This document shows positions 1 to 12,089 of a DNA stretch of 64,000 bases, piece by piece. Every line of letters starts with the position of its first letter. The stretch's first letter is position 1. The notes beneath the pieces were generated by a model, which saw only the letters and a list, made by a program, of their open reading frames with translations, did not search any database and had not been told where the DNA came from. The position numbers were made by a program, and so were the translations under genes. Source of the DNA: Microthyrium microscopicum (taxonomy: Eukaryota); contig MU004235.1 in NCBI GenBank assembly GCA_010405405.1, positions 1,502,538 to 1,566,537 of the forward strand. Reading direction: 5' to 3'.

Positions 1-184
1 TCTTCCACCACCTTGTTACCTTTGCACGAAACTGCAGCGTGTCGTTAACCACCGCCAGTCTTTGCTATTACATATCATTGCATCGCATTACAACACATCA
101 TAAGCTCGCAACGCTCATCCACGCGCATCGCATTATCCCAACGCAAGTGTTGTCTACAGTACTAGACCACGAGGATCAGGCAAT

Positions 185-2053
185 ATGGACCAACCTGTAA
201 GTACTACATCCGCCTCACATGCCCGCCCACCAATTACAGCAAGCGCCTTCCTTTATTCCCTCAACTCCCTTCGCCTTGATGAACTTCACTTGACACTTTA
301 ACTTGCATTATTCCACGCCCCTCCTCCAGCCTACACACCTCTTACACTCCCATCTCCCACCACTAATCCCTTTGATAATTCTCAACCCTCTAACCCATTC
401 TTCCAGACCACCACCAAAAACCCAGACTCATTAGCAGAGAATCTGGCAGCAGTGAACTTAGCGGTTCAACCACCTACTGAGAATTTGAAGATGGATAGAC
501 CGACTCCGACATTCCTCACTTTGCCGCCCGAGATTCGGCTGCAGATTTATGAGTGTTGTTTTGAGGCTTGTGGGGATGCGACGATGGTGTTGAAGCAGGT
601 ATGTTCTAGTGAGGTTGTTGGAGGACTGAGTTGCTTGTCTGCGCCAGTGGCGTTGATGGGGAGTTCAGTGTATCAGTGGATGTTGGAAAGGTGGTGGTCT
701 TGAGAGGGATATGTGCTAATGGGGTTGTAGCAAATTGAGCATGCTGATCCGGACATCGACACTGATAGTCCTGTTGACGATGAAGAGGATGACGGTGGTG
801 AAGATGACGAAGAGCGCGATGAAGATGATGAGGACGGTGAGGGTGAGGATGACGATGAGGACGAAGAGGTGAGTTTCTACCCAACAGCAATTCTTGGGAA
901 GTCCATGAAGTGTTTTGTCAACTACAGCGCTTCATGGGAATTTCAGCGTTTCATGCTCACTTGCACGTCTCATAGAGTTGATGGCTAACAAGAATTCAGG
1001 ACGACGAAGAAGAAGATGACGTCCAGCTTGACACTAACGGAGCTATCATCACTGATGCCGGACATGGCGCCAATGTTACCTCGAACTCTGCTCCTGTTGT
1101 CACTGAGATTCGACTCGACGATGAAGACGACGAGAGTGCTGATGAAGGTGGCGCTGGACAAGCTACCGCCACTCCTGCGATGATAGTTACCAATGTCTTC
1201 GCCGGTGATGCTGCCGAGGCGGATGAAGATGACGACGAAGATGACGGTGAAGATGATGATGACGGCGAAGAGGACGACGAGAATGCAGAGGACGAAGATG
1301 CCTCTGAGGACGCAGATATGGACGATGGTCCTCCACTGGCTCCAGAACCCGACATTGACGGAATGAAAGCCATCCTCGAGCGTCGCCCAGATCACCCAGG
1401 TCGCCAAACTCAATATCGCCACATGTTCGGCATTATGCAACTCTCTCATGCACCACCACCTCTGGCTCTACTTCAGACGAACAAGCAAGTCTACGATGAA
1501 TGCATCCACCACTACTATGGTAAGGAAGTGTTCTAGTTGTGATCTTAGTTCCTACTAACAAATCCCAGGAAAAGCGGCACTCTACTGGGACGTCACCGCC
1601 TCATTCGCCCACGAATCATTCTTCCGCGAAATGCTCGAGCACTTGCTCTCCAACACCAACGGTCCTCTTCTCCAGATCCGCCGCATCTTTCTCCGCTTCG
1701 TATGGGACTCTGAACTCATGCCACACTACCCATCCGGCCCAGTCATCGAGGCCGCTATTCTACCAGACCGCATCAACCAGATGGAGTCTCTCCTCAACGC
1801 TATGCCAAAACTCGAGAGAATCCAGCTGAACTATCATGACACCACTAACTCGACTCCTGGCGCTATAGAATTGCTATCCACGGTCGTCGAGAAGTTGGTT
1901 ATGGTCACCGCCAACAACATCTCGGGTCTTGCCGTGGATCTGGACACGAAGACATTCTTCCCTGAGACTGGTGTCGATCTTGCTGAGGGTTCGTTGTTGA
2001 AGGTCCGTCGTGATGAGCTGGCTCTGCTTAGCACTGGCAATGGTTTTCGATAG
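185..2053 (+). CDS. F-box-like N-terminal motif protein with long acidic (D/E) insert; 5 exons
   Basis: ATG at 185. Introns 197-406, 599-730, 869-999 and 1520-1568 are all GT..CTAAY..YAG and keep the frame. The motif PTFLTLPPEIRLQIYECCF and later LALLQTNKQVYDECIHHYYG are typical of fungal F-box-like proteins. Confidence 0.75.
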
Positions 2054-3263
2054 GGTGAGATCCGGACCAGTTTGTTTGTCAAGGTTGTGATACGGCGCGC
2101 GCTGGCGGGACAATATGTCTGGGAAGGCTTTACTTGGGAGCTTAATTTGTTCGAGATTGTCTGGCGGCATCTCTTCCGTCATCACTGGAAATCAGGATTG
2201 TTCCATCGGGTCGCTAAGGCTATGTAGTAACAGCGATTATGAAGCCTGTGGATCGCAGGCAGGGCTGTTCAATGGGTTCGTGAATGTTCAGTTGCATGTT
2301 CGGATGAATGTGCTTATATTGTCGCGTGTGGTACATGATCAGTAAAAGTTTGACAAGATAATATTACCCAAATCACGACAAGTTTTGGTTCCTATTTGCA
2401 GTGTGATCACGATTTACGATGTTGAAAGAGTGTTTTTTTGTAGCAACGCGTTGAGTGGGCAATTCCTCCGAAATTGATGTCTTCTATTTGCAGCCTTGCT
2501 TATCAAGTCACAAGTGTTTTGTCTCCGATAGAAAACGTAGGTTGCTTGCTAATGACTTTTCGAACACTATCAGAAATTGAAACATAAGATACCTACTTGT
2601 CTCAGTAGCGTTGCTAGTAGTCGATGGGAGCGTAGCAGTTATCTTGTCAATCTGTTTTCTCGTTCTCGCTGCGACTGCGTCTTTTACTTTTCGAGAAAGC
2701 GTTCTGTTACTCCATTTTCAATTCGAAGCCTCTGGTTCGATACTTTAGCGTAGTCGAGTGACTCGAGTCCCGGACAGTTGCTGTGGTCATCTTAACAGTT
2801 GGAGTCAATTGCTGGACTCATTCTCTAAATAGAGGAATAGTAGCAAGCTAGCCATTCACTTATGGTTGGTCGGCGTGAGATATTCTGTGATTGTTTTGAC
2901 TTTTTCATATCGTCCGCTTTGATTTTATGCCGATTTGCCTTTGACACGGATGGATCGAAGGGCAGCTGAGCCTGAGCAGGAGCTCGCATCTTTATTGTGT
3001 CTCTCTTCTGTGTTCTCAAGCAATGTAAGAATTGAGACCTGTGTTGAGTCATGTACTGCTAGAATGGCCTCGATATATTCAATGACAGCAACTTGAGTTT
3101 TCGTCGAGATTACACTGGAATATCACAAATACCTGTCGATTTACTTTGCTCTCACCTATACCATAAGTATCTTATATAGTAGACCGCAGCAGTAATCTGC
3201 TTCCTCAGCATACCCCTAATGAACTTCCTCCCTACCACATCGTCTCTCCAATTCGTAGTCCCT

Positions 3264-3978
3264 CTACGCCCTCAACGCATCCGCCGCAACCATCCCCCTA
3301 TGAACCTCATTCCTCCTCTCCTTCCCCACCAACAACTCAACAACCAACAAACTAAACCCCAAAACCGTCCCCGGTCCCCTCGTACTAATCACCTTCCCAT
3401 CAACAACAACTCTCTCCTCGCTATACTCCCATCCTGCATCCACAACTCTTTGCTTAGCGCTCGGATGGCTTGTGACTTTGACTTTCTTTGCACTCTCAAT
3501 GCCCTCCGTTTTCCCCGCCCCGCCTACACTGGCCACCAACGCAGTCGTGCTCGCACAGATGACGCCAACCCACTTCCCACAGTCTCGGTAGGCGCGGATG
3601 AGCGATTGTACGCCGGCGTGAGTGCAGAACGTTTCGGCGGCGTCGGAGCCGCCGGGTAGGATTAGGATGTCGGCGGTGGGTGTTGTGGGGAGGGTGGTGG
3701 TGTCTGGGGTTATTTTGATGGACATGTTGCCGCTGGGGGATTCTTAGCAGTTTGATTCAGAAGGATGTGCTAAGGAGTTAGAAATAAATATGAACGTACG
3801 TGGCATAGCTTTCTTTCAAGTCGACGCCGATGGATTTGACATCGAAGCCGGCGCGCACAAGGACTGAGATGTGTTAGTTTATCTAGATAAAGATGTAGTA
3901 ATCGGACGGACCATTATAGGGAGTGACGAATTCGATTTCTTCGGTGCCTTCAGCGAGGAGGATGATTGCGGATGGCAT
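3264..3978 (-). CDS. DJ-1/PfpI family protein (YajL/glyoxalase III-like); 3 exons
   Basis: Spliced product (introns 3864-3911, 3733-3799) reads MPSAIILLAEGTEEIEFVTPYNVLVRAGFDV...DILILPGGSDAAETF...ICASTTAL...VTSHP...ERVVVDGKVISTRGPGT, with the conserved Glu and nucleophilic Cys. Confidence 0.93.
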
Positions 3979-6900
3979 TTTGATGATTTTGACTGCTTTT
4001 ACAGATTGTTAACTTGTTTCGATGTAGATGGTAAGGTAGCTGAACGATGTAGGATTGGTATCATTGTATCACGTATCCGTGGACATTGAGAGGGGCCGGC
4101 ATGTGCAACATCAACTTCAACTGCAAATCGTGGTTATCAGGCTAGTAAGGCAAGGCTGAAACACAAGATTAATCCCTGTCATGGCATTGCCAACTTCACT
4201 AGGGAAACTTTTGGTGGTGAAGATCGGATGTTTGGTTCCGGGAATCAATTATCATGCCACAGGACGAAGAAATGATTGGTCGAAGAGCAATGGTTGATAG
4301 CAAAGTTTGCTACAGGTACTTTCCGAAATTGTTGTGGGAGCGTCACCAGCAGTCAGACAATATTAGTATGTAGAATGAGAGAAACGAGTTTTGACAGACT
4401 GAAGATAGTCTTGGTATACATTTAAAAAAGATGAATGAATCCGGGAGACTACTCGAAACTAAGAACTGATCGTGTTTTATGCTAAAGTAGCGATCTTTCA
4501 GCGAGAGTGAGATGCGTTGGACCAATGTTCAGCTTCAAGACCAGCACCAACGAGATGGGAAGTTGTCAAACTCCTTAAAAGCATGAAGATAAAAAGCTTC
4601 TGAAATGCAGGATTCAATTCATGATCAGCGTGGCCATTTAGAATGATAGGAAATCAAGTCCAGGCGAATGTTCTGTGTTGGCAAGGCACGTCGTGATGGA
4701 GCCAAAAAACAACACAACACCGCAAAACATCGCGATGATGAGCTCTTCAAAGACCTGCCACCACACCACCGCCCAATGAATAATCCCAAAAGATCCGGAA
4801 ATAGAATGAGAAAAAAATTCTGTACTTAGCCAACAGCAAAAAAAATCCAACAACGTGGTTTGAAAGTCCAGCGAAATCGTTTGGAGACATTCCAAGTGGC
4901 AAAAAACTATTTGGCAGTAACTAATAAGCTACGCTATAGGGAAAAACACCCAGTGTCTCCAGACACCTTAGAATGGTGTTGTTTTATCATGCCACCGACC
5001 ATGATACATGGTGGTTTTGAACTTGCGAACTCACTGTACCTTTAGTTTCGGAACGAGGAGCTTACTTAATTCGGCTGCCATCGCCATTTTCGGCCTAAAT
5101 AATACAGACTAACGTATAGGGAATGGTCGCTCTTGTGCTAGTAAACAGCTGGAGCTGCACTGCGGGAAGGAGCTATAAACCAAGCTCACAATTGACATTT
5201 TGATTGAAGAACAATTGCCGGCGACAAGTACATATACTGCAATTGATGCTTTTCTTTCCCCTCAATAAGGAATTGAAGCGGTCCAGCACAGCACAGCGAT
5301 AATTGATTCCTTTTCCTGGTGGTCCAGATATTTTTGGAAATAAAATTTCCACTTCTCGAAAAATGAAAACAAATCCAAGAACGAATATTGGCAATGGGAG
5401 CAACGAAAGCATGAATTTGCCTACAGAAATTCCATCCAACACGGATAGAAGGGTTGCCTTGGGTATCATGGAGGCTGAAACTATATCCACGAATAATTTT
5501 CCACGATAGGTCCAAGTAAATTTTCAGCCAGTAATTCCAGGTCCTGCTACGGACAATGCATCCACATTTACAATCCGAGAAGAATTATAAGCGAAAGCGG
5601 ACAACGGATGTCAAAGACACATCCACAAAGCCAGTCCATAGTCACTGAAAGTCCAGAACCTTGAATGTGCATTGAAGATGAGCCATGCTCGTCCCACTAG
5701 CGATGTAGTAGCCATCCATAATGGTTTCAGGAGATGAGTCTTGCCCTCAGCACTGCTTGAGATGTCCTGACGTGCTTCCAAGCTCTTCTATGTCCAGGAT
5801 TCTGAAATTCACCATGGGGAACCCATTGTGCCGCGAGGGGAATGCCGGGGGTCCCTAGTGTGCATTCGTGGCAACGAGGAAAACGAACAAGTCGGCTAGA
5901 TGTTGACTCATACTTCAAGATGGCAGAATGATTAGCAAGATAGTCATGGACTCAGTGGCGATGAAGTAATAGATGAACAGCGAAGAAGCACGGAGTAGCA
6001 GAAGAACAATGAAGAAGCACAAAAGTAGATAAATGGAAGCACAGACAGCAATAAGAACATGTGATCATAAGAATAGATTGCTAGAAGAAGAAAGAATAGC
6101 TGGCGGACATTATCGAATAGAGAAACTTTGATAAGTGAAAGGCGATAAGGGGAGAAGTCATAGCTGCAGGCAACACGCATACATGTGGTGGAAGAACTTA
6201 CCATTTGGTCCAGTAGCACCGGAAGGTGAAGTACCACATCAAGCTTTCCTATGTAGGAATATTTCAGTCGATGCCATGGTGGAAAGCTCGACAAAAAGTT
6301 TGTGAGTGCGGAAGAGAGAAGAGGTGAGGTTGGGAAAATATGCATCTACAAGACAAGGGGCCGAAGTCGCACAGGGCGGTAGGATAACCATGCAAACCCT
6401 GTTTCATACCATTTTGACGCTAAGCACGTTTATGGACAAGTCAGGTCCATTCGGTGTATTTGAGGAAAGAAAGTGTTTGCTTCTTCTTTGTTTATGCCTT
6501 GTATCTCTTTATACTGTTTGCTCTGGCGGTATCTGAGAGAACCCTTCAGCATAGAGTACACAAGGCTGCAGCTACCTTGAGCCCGGCTAACGATCCATAG
6601 CCCTGCGATACGGGTCAAGGAAATCGGTAGATTAAGGCGATGGCACTTCCTATGCGTCTGATCTGGCTAAGTTCTGAGATGGTTGTATGCAAGGCCTTGC
6701 AGCAATAGATCTTGTAGGAGTTTAGACGCTGGCTCTTGTCGTTTCCTCTCCTTTTGCAGGCTAGACGCCGAGTGCATTTGCTGGAATGATGTAAACCAGC
6801 ACTTGCAGTTCCAGTTGCATCGCTCTTCATCTGAGTGTCGTGGTCTAGGTCTTTGGACCTTCGTGTACACGATTTCAGACTATTTTCAGGTTGCTCGAGC

Positions 6901-7073
6901 CCCTTAGTCGCTTGTAAGCTCTTATCTGGCCATACTAATATAGAGGCGAAGCGCTGCTGCCATCAAGGCGGTTCATTCCAGTCACACAAGACAAACGGAA
7001 TTGTGCAACTGCTCTGACCTCTGAAAGCCTTAGTTGTCCGCAACATGCTCGACATGTTCCTCCTGCTCAGTTA

Positions 7074-7678
7074 ATGCCCCTCATCACCAACAAAGAAGTC
7101 ATCATGTCCCTCCAAGCCATCATAAGCTGCCTGCGCGGCAATTTCACTTCCGAACTTGATGTCAATGCAACAAAAGAAGAGAGTCTTGCGGCCGAGATCG
7201 TCGACAAAATCTACAGCTCGGAGAAGCATGGCACTGAACTCGAAAATGAGCTCCGTTCCATATTCTATGCCAATGGAGCATCGGAAGAACTCGCAGAAGC
7301 CGTGCTCAACGCCCTTGCCGCAGCGATCCAAGCAGGTCGCGTGATGAATGAAGCGATGAACATTGCGTACGGCACCGCTGTCGAAAAAGCTAGTGAGATT
7401 GAGGAATTTGTCAAGGAGCATCCGCTCTTCTGCTCACTTATTGCGTTGGGGATTGTTGTGTTGCTTATGCCGGGGCTGCTTACTGCCCTTGGTTTTGACG
7501 AGATGGGAATCATCGAAGGTACGTATCTTACGAATTGGGCATTTGTGGCAGAGGCTAATATCTTGTGGCAGGTTCTCTTGCCGCACGATGGCAGGCTACT
7601 TTCGCTGGCTATGTACCCAAGAGCTCCTTGTTTTCGTACTTGCAAAGCCTAGGAACCAAACTCCATTGGTACTACTAA
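7074..7678 (+). CDS. Small membrane protein with C-terminal ISG12/IFI6-IFI27-like glycine-rich motif; 2 exons
   Basis: Intron 7519-7571 (gtacgt..gctaat..cag) gives the C-terminus LIALGIVVLLMPGLLTALGFDEMGIIEGSLAARWQATFAGYVPKSSLFSYLQSLGTKLHWYY*, matching the ALGF..G...GSLAA..Q....G.V...SLFS.LQSLG pattern. The start may instead be the second Met (MSLQAII). Confidence 0.75.
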
Positions 7679-8180
7679 GCATGCTGAGGAGTTCTGCGAA
7701 AGGACGAAGCGCAGTGCTGTTGACTTTTACACGGTAACCGGTAGTAGTTGTGGAGAATCAATAAAGTACTCTCTTTGCAAACTTCCGATTTCTCAGCGAG
7801 TGGTTGGATTTCATTCAAGTACAGAGTCCATACAGCCTAAACGAATCATTCTCCGACCAAGATGCAACTGATCTGCAAAGATATGTCTGAATCGTGCTCG
7901 TTAGGCTGAAGAAAGTTGTTGGCCAATTAAACGATGCCAACCTGCAGGTTCCATTAGGGACTATCGGAATCTGCCTTGTCGCAGATTACGCCCATGCATA
8001 TGTCCCCGCCTTCCTCTGCCAGCTCGAATGGGTGAGGCTCAGCCTTCAGGTTCTGCTTGTAAAACATTTGGGTTGTCTTCGATCGGTGTCATCTTGTTTA
8101 ACACCACCAATTCAAGCTGAGCTTCCGTGCTCCAAATATCCTTATTGTCGCAAACGTTCTTCATATCTGCGCAACTAAAC

Positions 8181-11100
8181 ATGGATGCCGCAGGCACTGC
8201 TTTGGGCGCTGTGTCGTTAGGCCTGTCTATCTTGGATGGAGTCATCGAATACTGTCAGAAGTGGAAAGATCGCGACAAAGATATCAACGACCTGCAGGAG
8301 TTCGCTCGGGATCTTTACAACATCTTGGATGAACTGAGGCCTCGACTAACTGGACTTCATTCCATCTCACTCGCGACTCAACTCGAATCATGTATTACGC
8401 GTTGTGAAAACCGACTCCAGAAGTTGCTCGATAGGAGCTTCGAGTTCGAACAGACCTCCAAGCCTCTGAAGAATCTATGGAGGAAGGCAGTTTATCCTTT
8501 CAAGAAAGAGTCTGTGTTTGGTCTGCGAGAAGCACTGCGATCGTTTCAGGATAACTTGAATTTAGCGCTGAACCTTTGGAATTTGTAAGCTGTTTTTTAA
8601 TACACCCTTTGCACACCTGCTACTGTATACCAACAAATGAATGTGGTAATTTTACTCAGAGCCGAAGCTTCATTTGGGACTGACATGATACCCCAGGGAA
8701 CTCAAGGACCAACACCACGTTAGCGCCACTGCCAATCTTTCCGCCGTTCAGCATCAGATCGTAAGTGAGGTTCGGGACGTCCCGAGAAACACCTCACAAG
8801 CTGTGCAGTTGACGATTCTGCCAGAAATCGCAGCTGCAACCGATAGGCTAGATCGGGCAATTCATGATGGGTCACAATCGATCAAAGACGAACTGGAAAT
8901 AAGAATCCCCAATCTGGAAGCTAATGTGACAGCAGTCGTACAGAGTTCGAGTAGTACCTTGAGTGCGGATATTCAAAGGCATACTAGCCACATCAACGAC
9001 ACCCTATGCACACGACTTCCTCAACTGGAGGTCGGACTCTCGACGATGATGATTTCCTCCACCAATCGTATCACAAGCGACCTAGATGCTGTTGCTCAGG
9101 AGCTGCCAATTTTGGAACGAAGAATGGGAAATCGCTACGAGCAGCAGCTGACAGTGATAAAGGAGCAAATAGTTTCAGAACTGGTGTCAGAGTTCAGACA
9201 GGCAAATCATACGAGTGCTCACAACAATACTCTTTTACAACTCGCTACTAGTGATCGAAAGGTATCCAGAGCTGGTAGAAGCCCAAGTCAATCCATTTCG
9301 AGGGCTTATAAATCCATGGAAGAAGCATTATACTTGAGTGACTGTCGCTGCCAAGTGAAGAAAGCCATCAAACATTTTTGTCACAAACCACGCGGAGCGT
9401 TCAGTGTTACGGACGAGGCTTACCTGATCCATGAGCGGAGATGTCCTGTTTGGTACAAGAGTCGAAGAGTCAGATCAGCCTACGTCAACTTCGGCGTTGG
9501 ACGACTGCAGTTGTTTGGATCCTTGGAGATCTCTCAGAGCTACTACCACTGGTCCAAGGGATGGAACATAGCACCAAATTTAACGTTTCGAGCTACCGTG
9601 CCCCGGGATTCCCCTTCCTTCAGTACTATTGATCAATTGATGAACAAATGGATTAAGATGGGTGACCCTATCTTACAGGATGTAAAAGACTGCCTCATGG
9701 ACCTGAGACGAGCCTTTGATGAGGGTCGATGTCTACCGACAGACAGAACGCTTAAAGGCCATAACCTACTGCACGTATGTTCTTCTTTGACTACTTTGCG
9801 CAGCTAGAAAGGGATACTGATTTTTGTACAGAAGGTGTGCTATGAACTGGCGAGACTGAGTGATTTAGATCTTCATATACCAGTCCGATTAAGTCGCAGC
9901 CTTTTGCAGGGTCTCACATCTCTTGGCTCAGAAGAAATGTGGCAAGAGACAGACTCGAACCACCAGTGAGTGAACTTCCAAAACTTGAAATAGCAAAGCC
10001 GTGGAAGCTGCTAAACATTCTTAGCATTCCACTAAAGATATATCTCCTTGGCTGTAATACAGTTGACTCGGATGGGCACACTCAAACAATTGATTATATT
10101 TACTCCGAAACGGATGCGCAAGTAGAAATTCAAGGCTGGGTCGATTTCAGCCCTTACGCATATGGAATGTACCTGAACTCGCAATGGAATGCAAATTTTG
10201 CACAGCGTACGTATGCCAATTCGGTCTGAGACGTCTTGAACTGATTCAAGAGGTAGTCCTGAGCTATGGTCCATTCTCCACGGCTGTCCTTCGAAGGGAT
10301 ATAAATGAAGTATCGCAGCACCTTGAAAGAGACTCCGCCGTCGCTCTACTTGAGCAGAGCGGATTAAATCAAACACCGCTGCATCTTGCATCTGACTGGC
10401 CTGATGGTTTAGCACTGATACTTACTTATGTCGACGAGTACGAAGCCATCAATGCTACAGATGCCAATAACGAATCCGCACTTAACTACACGATCAACCA
10501 GAACTCGACACACTGTTTCCGGTTGCTGATGAGTACAGGCCTCGTGAGACAGTATTTCGATCATAGACTCATCGGTTATGGTATCAAGCCACTCATACCG
10601 GAGATTTACTTGTGTATTGCTGAAGTGATGTCCAGTAGTTGCGAGCAGCTCATACATGAAGCTCAACGACTTATTAGCTGCAAAGAATGGGATCGCTACG
10701 CACTCCTACGTGATCGAACTTTTGACTCTAGCGTCATCGACCTTCTCGATCAGTTGCATTTCGACGACAAGGAAAAAGTCAACAGAATCTCTCTACTGAT
10801 TCCGCAGAGAGGCAATATTTTCCACAATATTCCATTCTGGGGTTCTGTCCAGAGCACCAACCTTATACTTGCACTTCTTAGCTCGGGATTTGGGGAGATT
10901 GATACTACTTGGAATGGGGTATCACCAGTCATGTGCTGGCGCTCAAAGTTCTTTGCTCACGAGGACGAGTTTTGTGCAATTTTGATGAACAAAGAGCTCG
11001 ACTTATATCGCAGAATCCCTGAGGATCTGATCAAGCCTAGCGATATTTCAAATGATAGTACTGCCGGTCAATGTCTTGCGATTCACAAGGTTGCTAGCAC

Positions 11101-11857
11101 TCATGGCTGGTGCTTACCGGAGAAGTCATCCCTTAATCTCGAAAATCCGTCGGAGGTAGCGAAAGAATCTTCATCCAAGTATTGGGAGATCATTTTTACA
11201 GACCAGTCGGCAGACACATCCAGCTGTGGCTGCAGCATGCTAGGTCATACAGCACTCACTTTATTCCTCAAACACCTCGATTTTCTACCCTTCTTACGGT
11301 GTATAAAATCAGGACTGAATAACCCTGCTGTTATGTTACATATTGGGTCCATCCTAGAACGCACAGCTAGAATATTCATATTTCAAGAACTCGGACTGAC
11401 ACATACTTGTTTGAGCTATTACTCCTGGTGGAACATCGACTCCTGGCCTGATCCGATGGTTACAGGTCCTTCCGCGGACGAAATCCGAGACATACAATGG
11501 GAGGAAGAAGAAGGCCTCGCAAGGCTGGAGAAGACTCTCAGAGCCGTTATGATCAAAATTTCAGAGAACCAAGCACCATGGCCATACTTCATCGAACACG
11601 ATTTCTTGAACCACATACTGGTCGCAATTGAAGACACAGAGGCGCCTGTAGGCGAACAGGATATCTACCAGATCAAAGCGGCGGGTGTTGTGATTGAAGA
11701 AGACGACGAGGTATACTCCCATCTCAATCAGGGCGACGATGAGGAGCGCTTCGCAGTGAGTGATGACGAAGACCACCTCGCAAACGGCGAGCCTGAAGAG
11801 CTACGATACACGTATTCATGGCAAAAGAAGCAGGAAGTGCTCTTTACTGCTTCTTGA
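8181..11857 (+). CDS. HeLo-like/SesA-type N-terminal helical domain plus ankyrin-repeat protein; ~5 exons
   Basis: The N-terminus MDAAGTALGAVSLGLSILDGVIEYCQKWKD...LWRKAVYPFKKESV is a fungal STAND-type N-terminal domain. Introns ~8585-8696, 9775-9831, 9966-10024, ~10207-10250. Ankyrin motifs GHNLLH, LNQTPLHLASDWPDGLALIL, NNESALNY. C-terminal RIFIFQELGLTHTC. Confidence 0.75.
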
Positions 11858-12089
11858 ACTCGTCATCCTGAGGCCGTTCAACAATCCATGGTAGATTTGG
11901 CAACCACGTCCATTTTAGAACACAAAACAGTTGGAATAGTACGTCGTTATTACAATCATACTTGAACCATAGCCAATGATCAAACCTTGGAAGTCATAGA
12001 TCCTTGTGATCGAAGGGTACGCTTTCACCGAACGCTTCCAGGGTTCTATCCCAATCCCAATTCCACCACATCCCGTAACCCATGCCTCC

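Noticed and set aside
606..1449. Minus-strand His-, Ser- or Ile/Val-rich ORFs (606-890, 985-1449, 996-1373)
   Set aside because: Antisense shadows of GAY/GAR acidic codon runs in the plus-strand gene.
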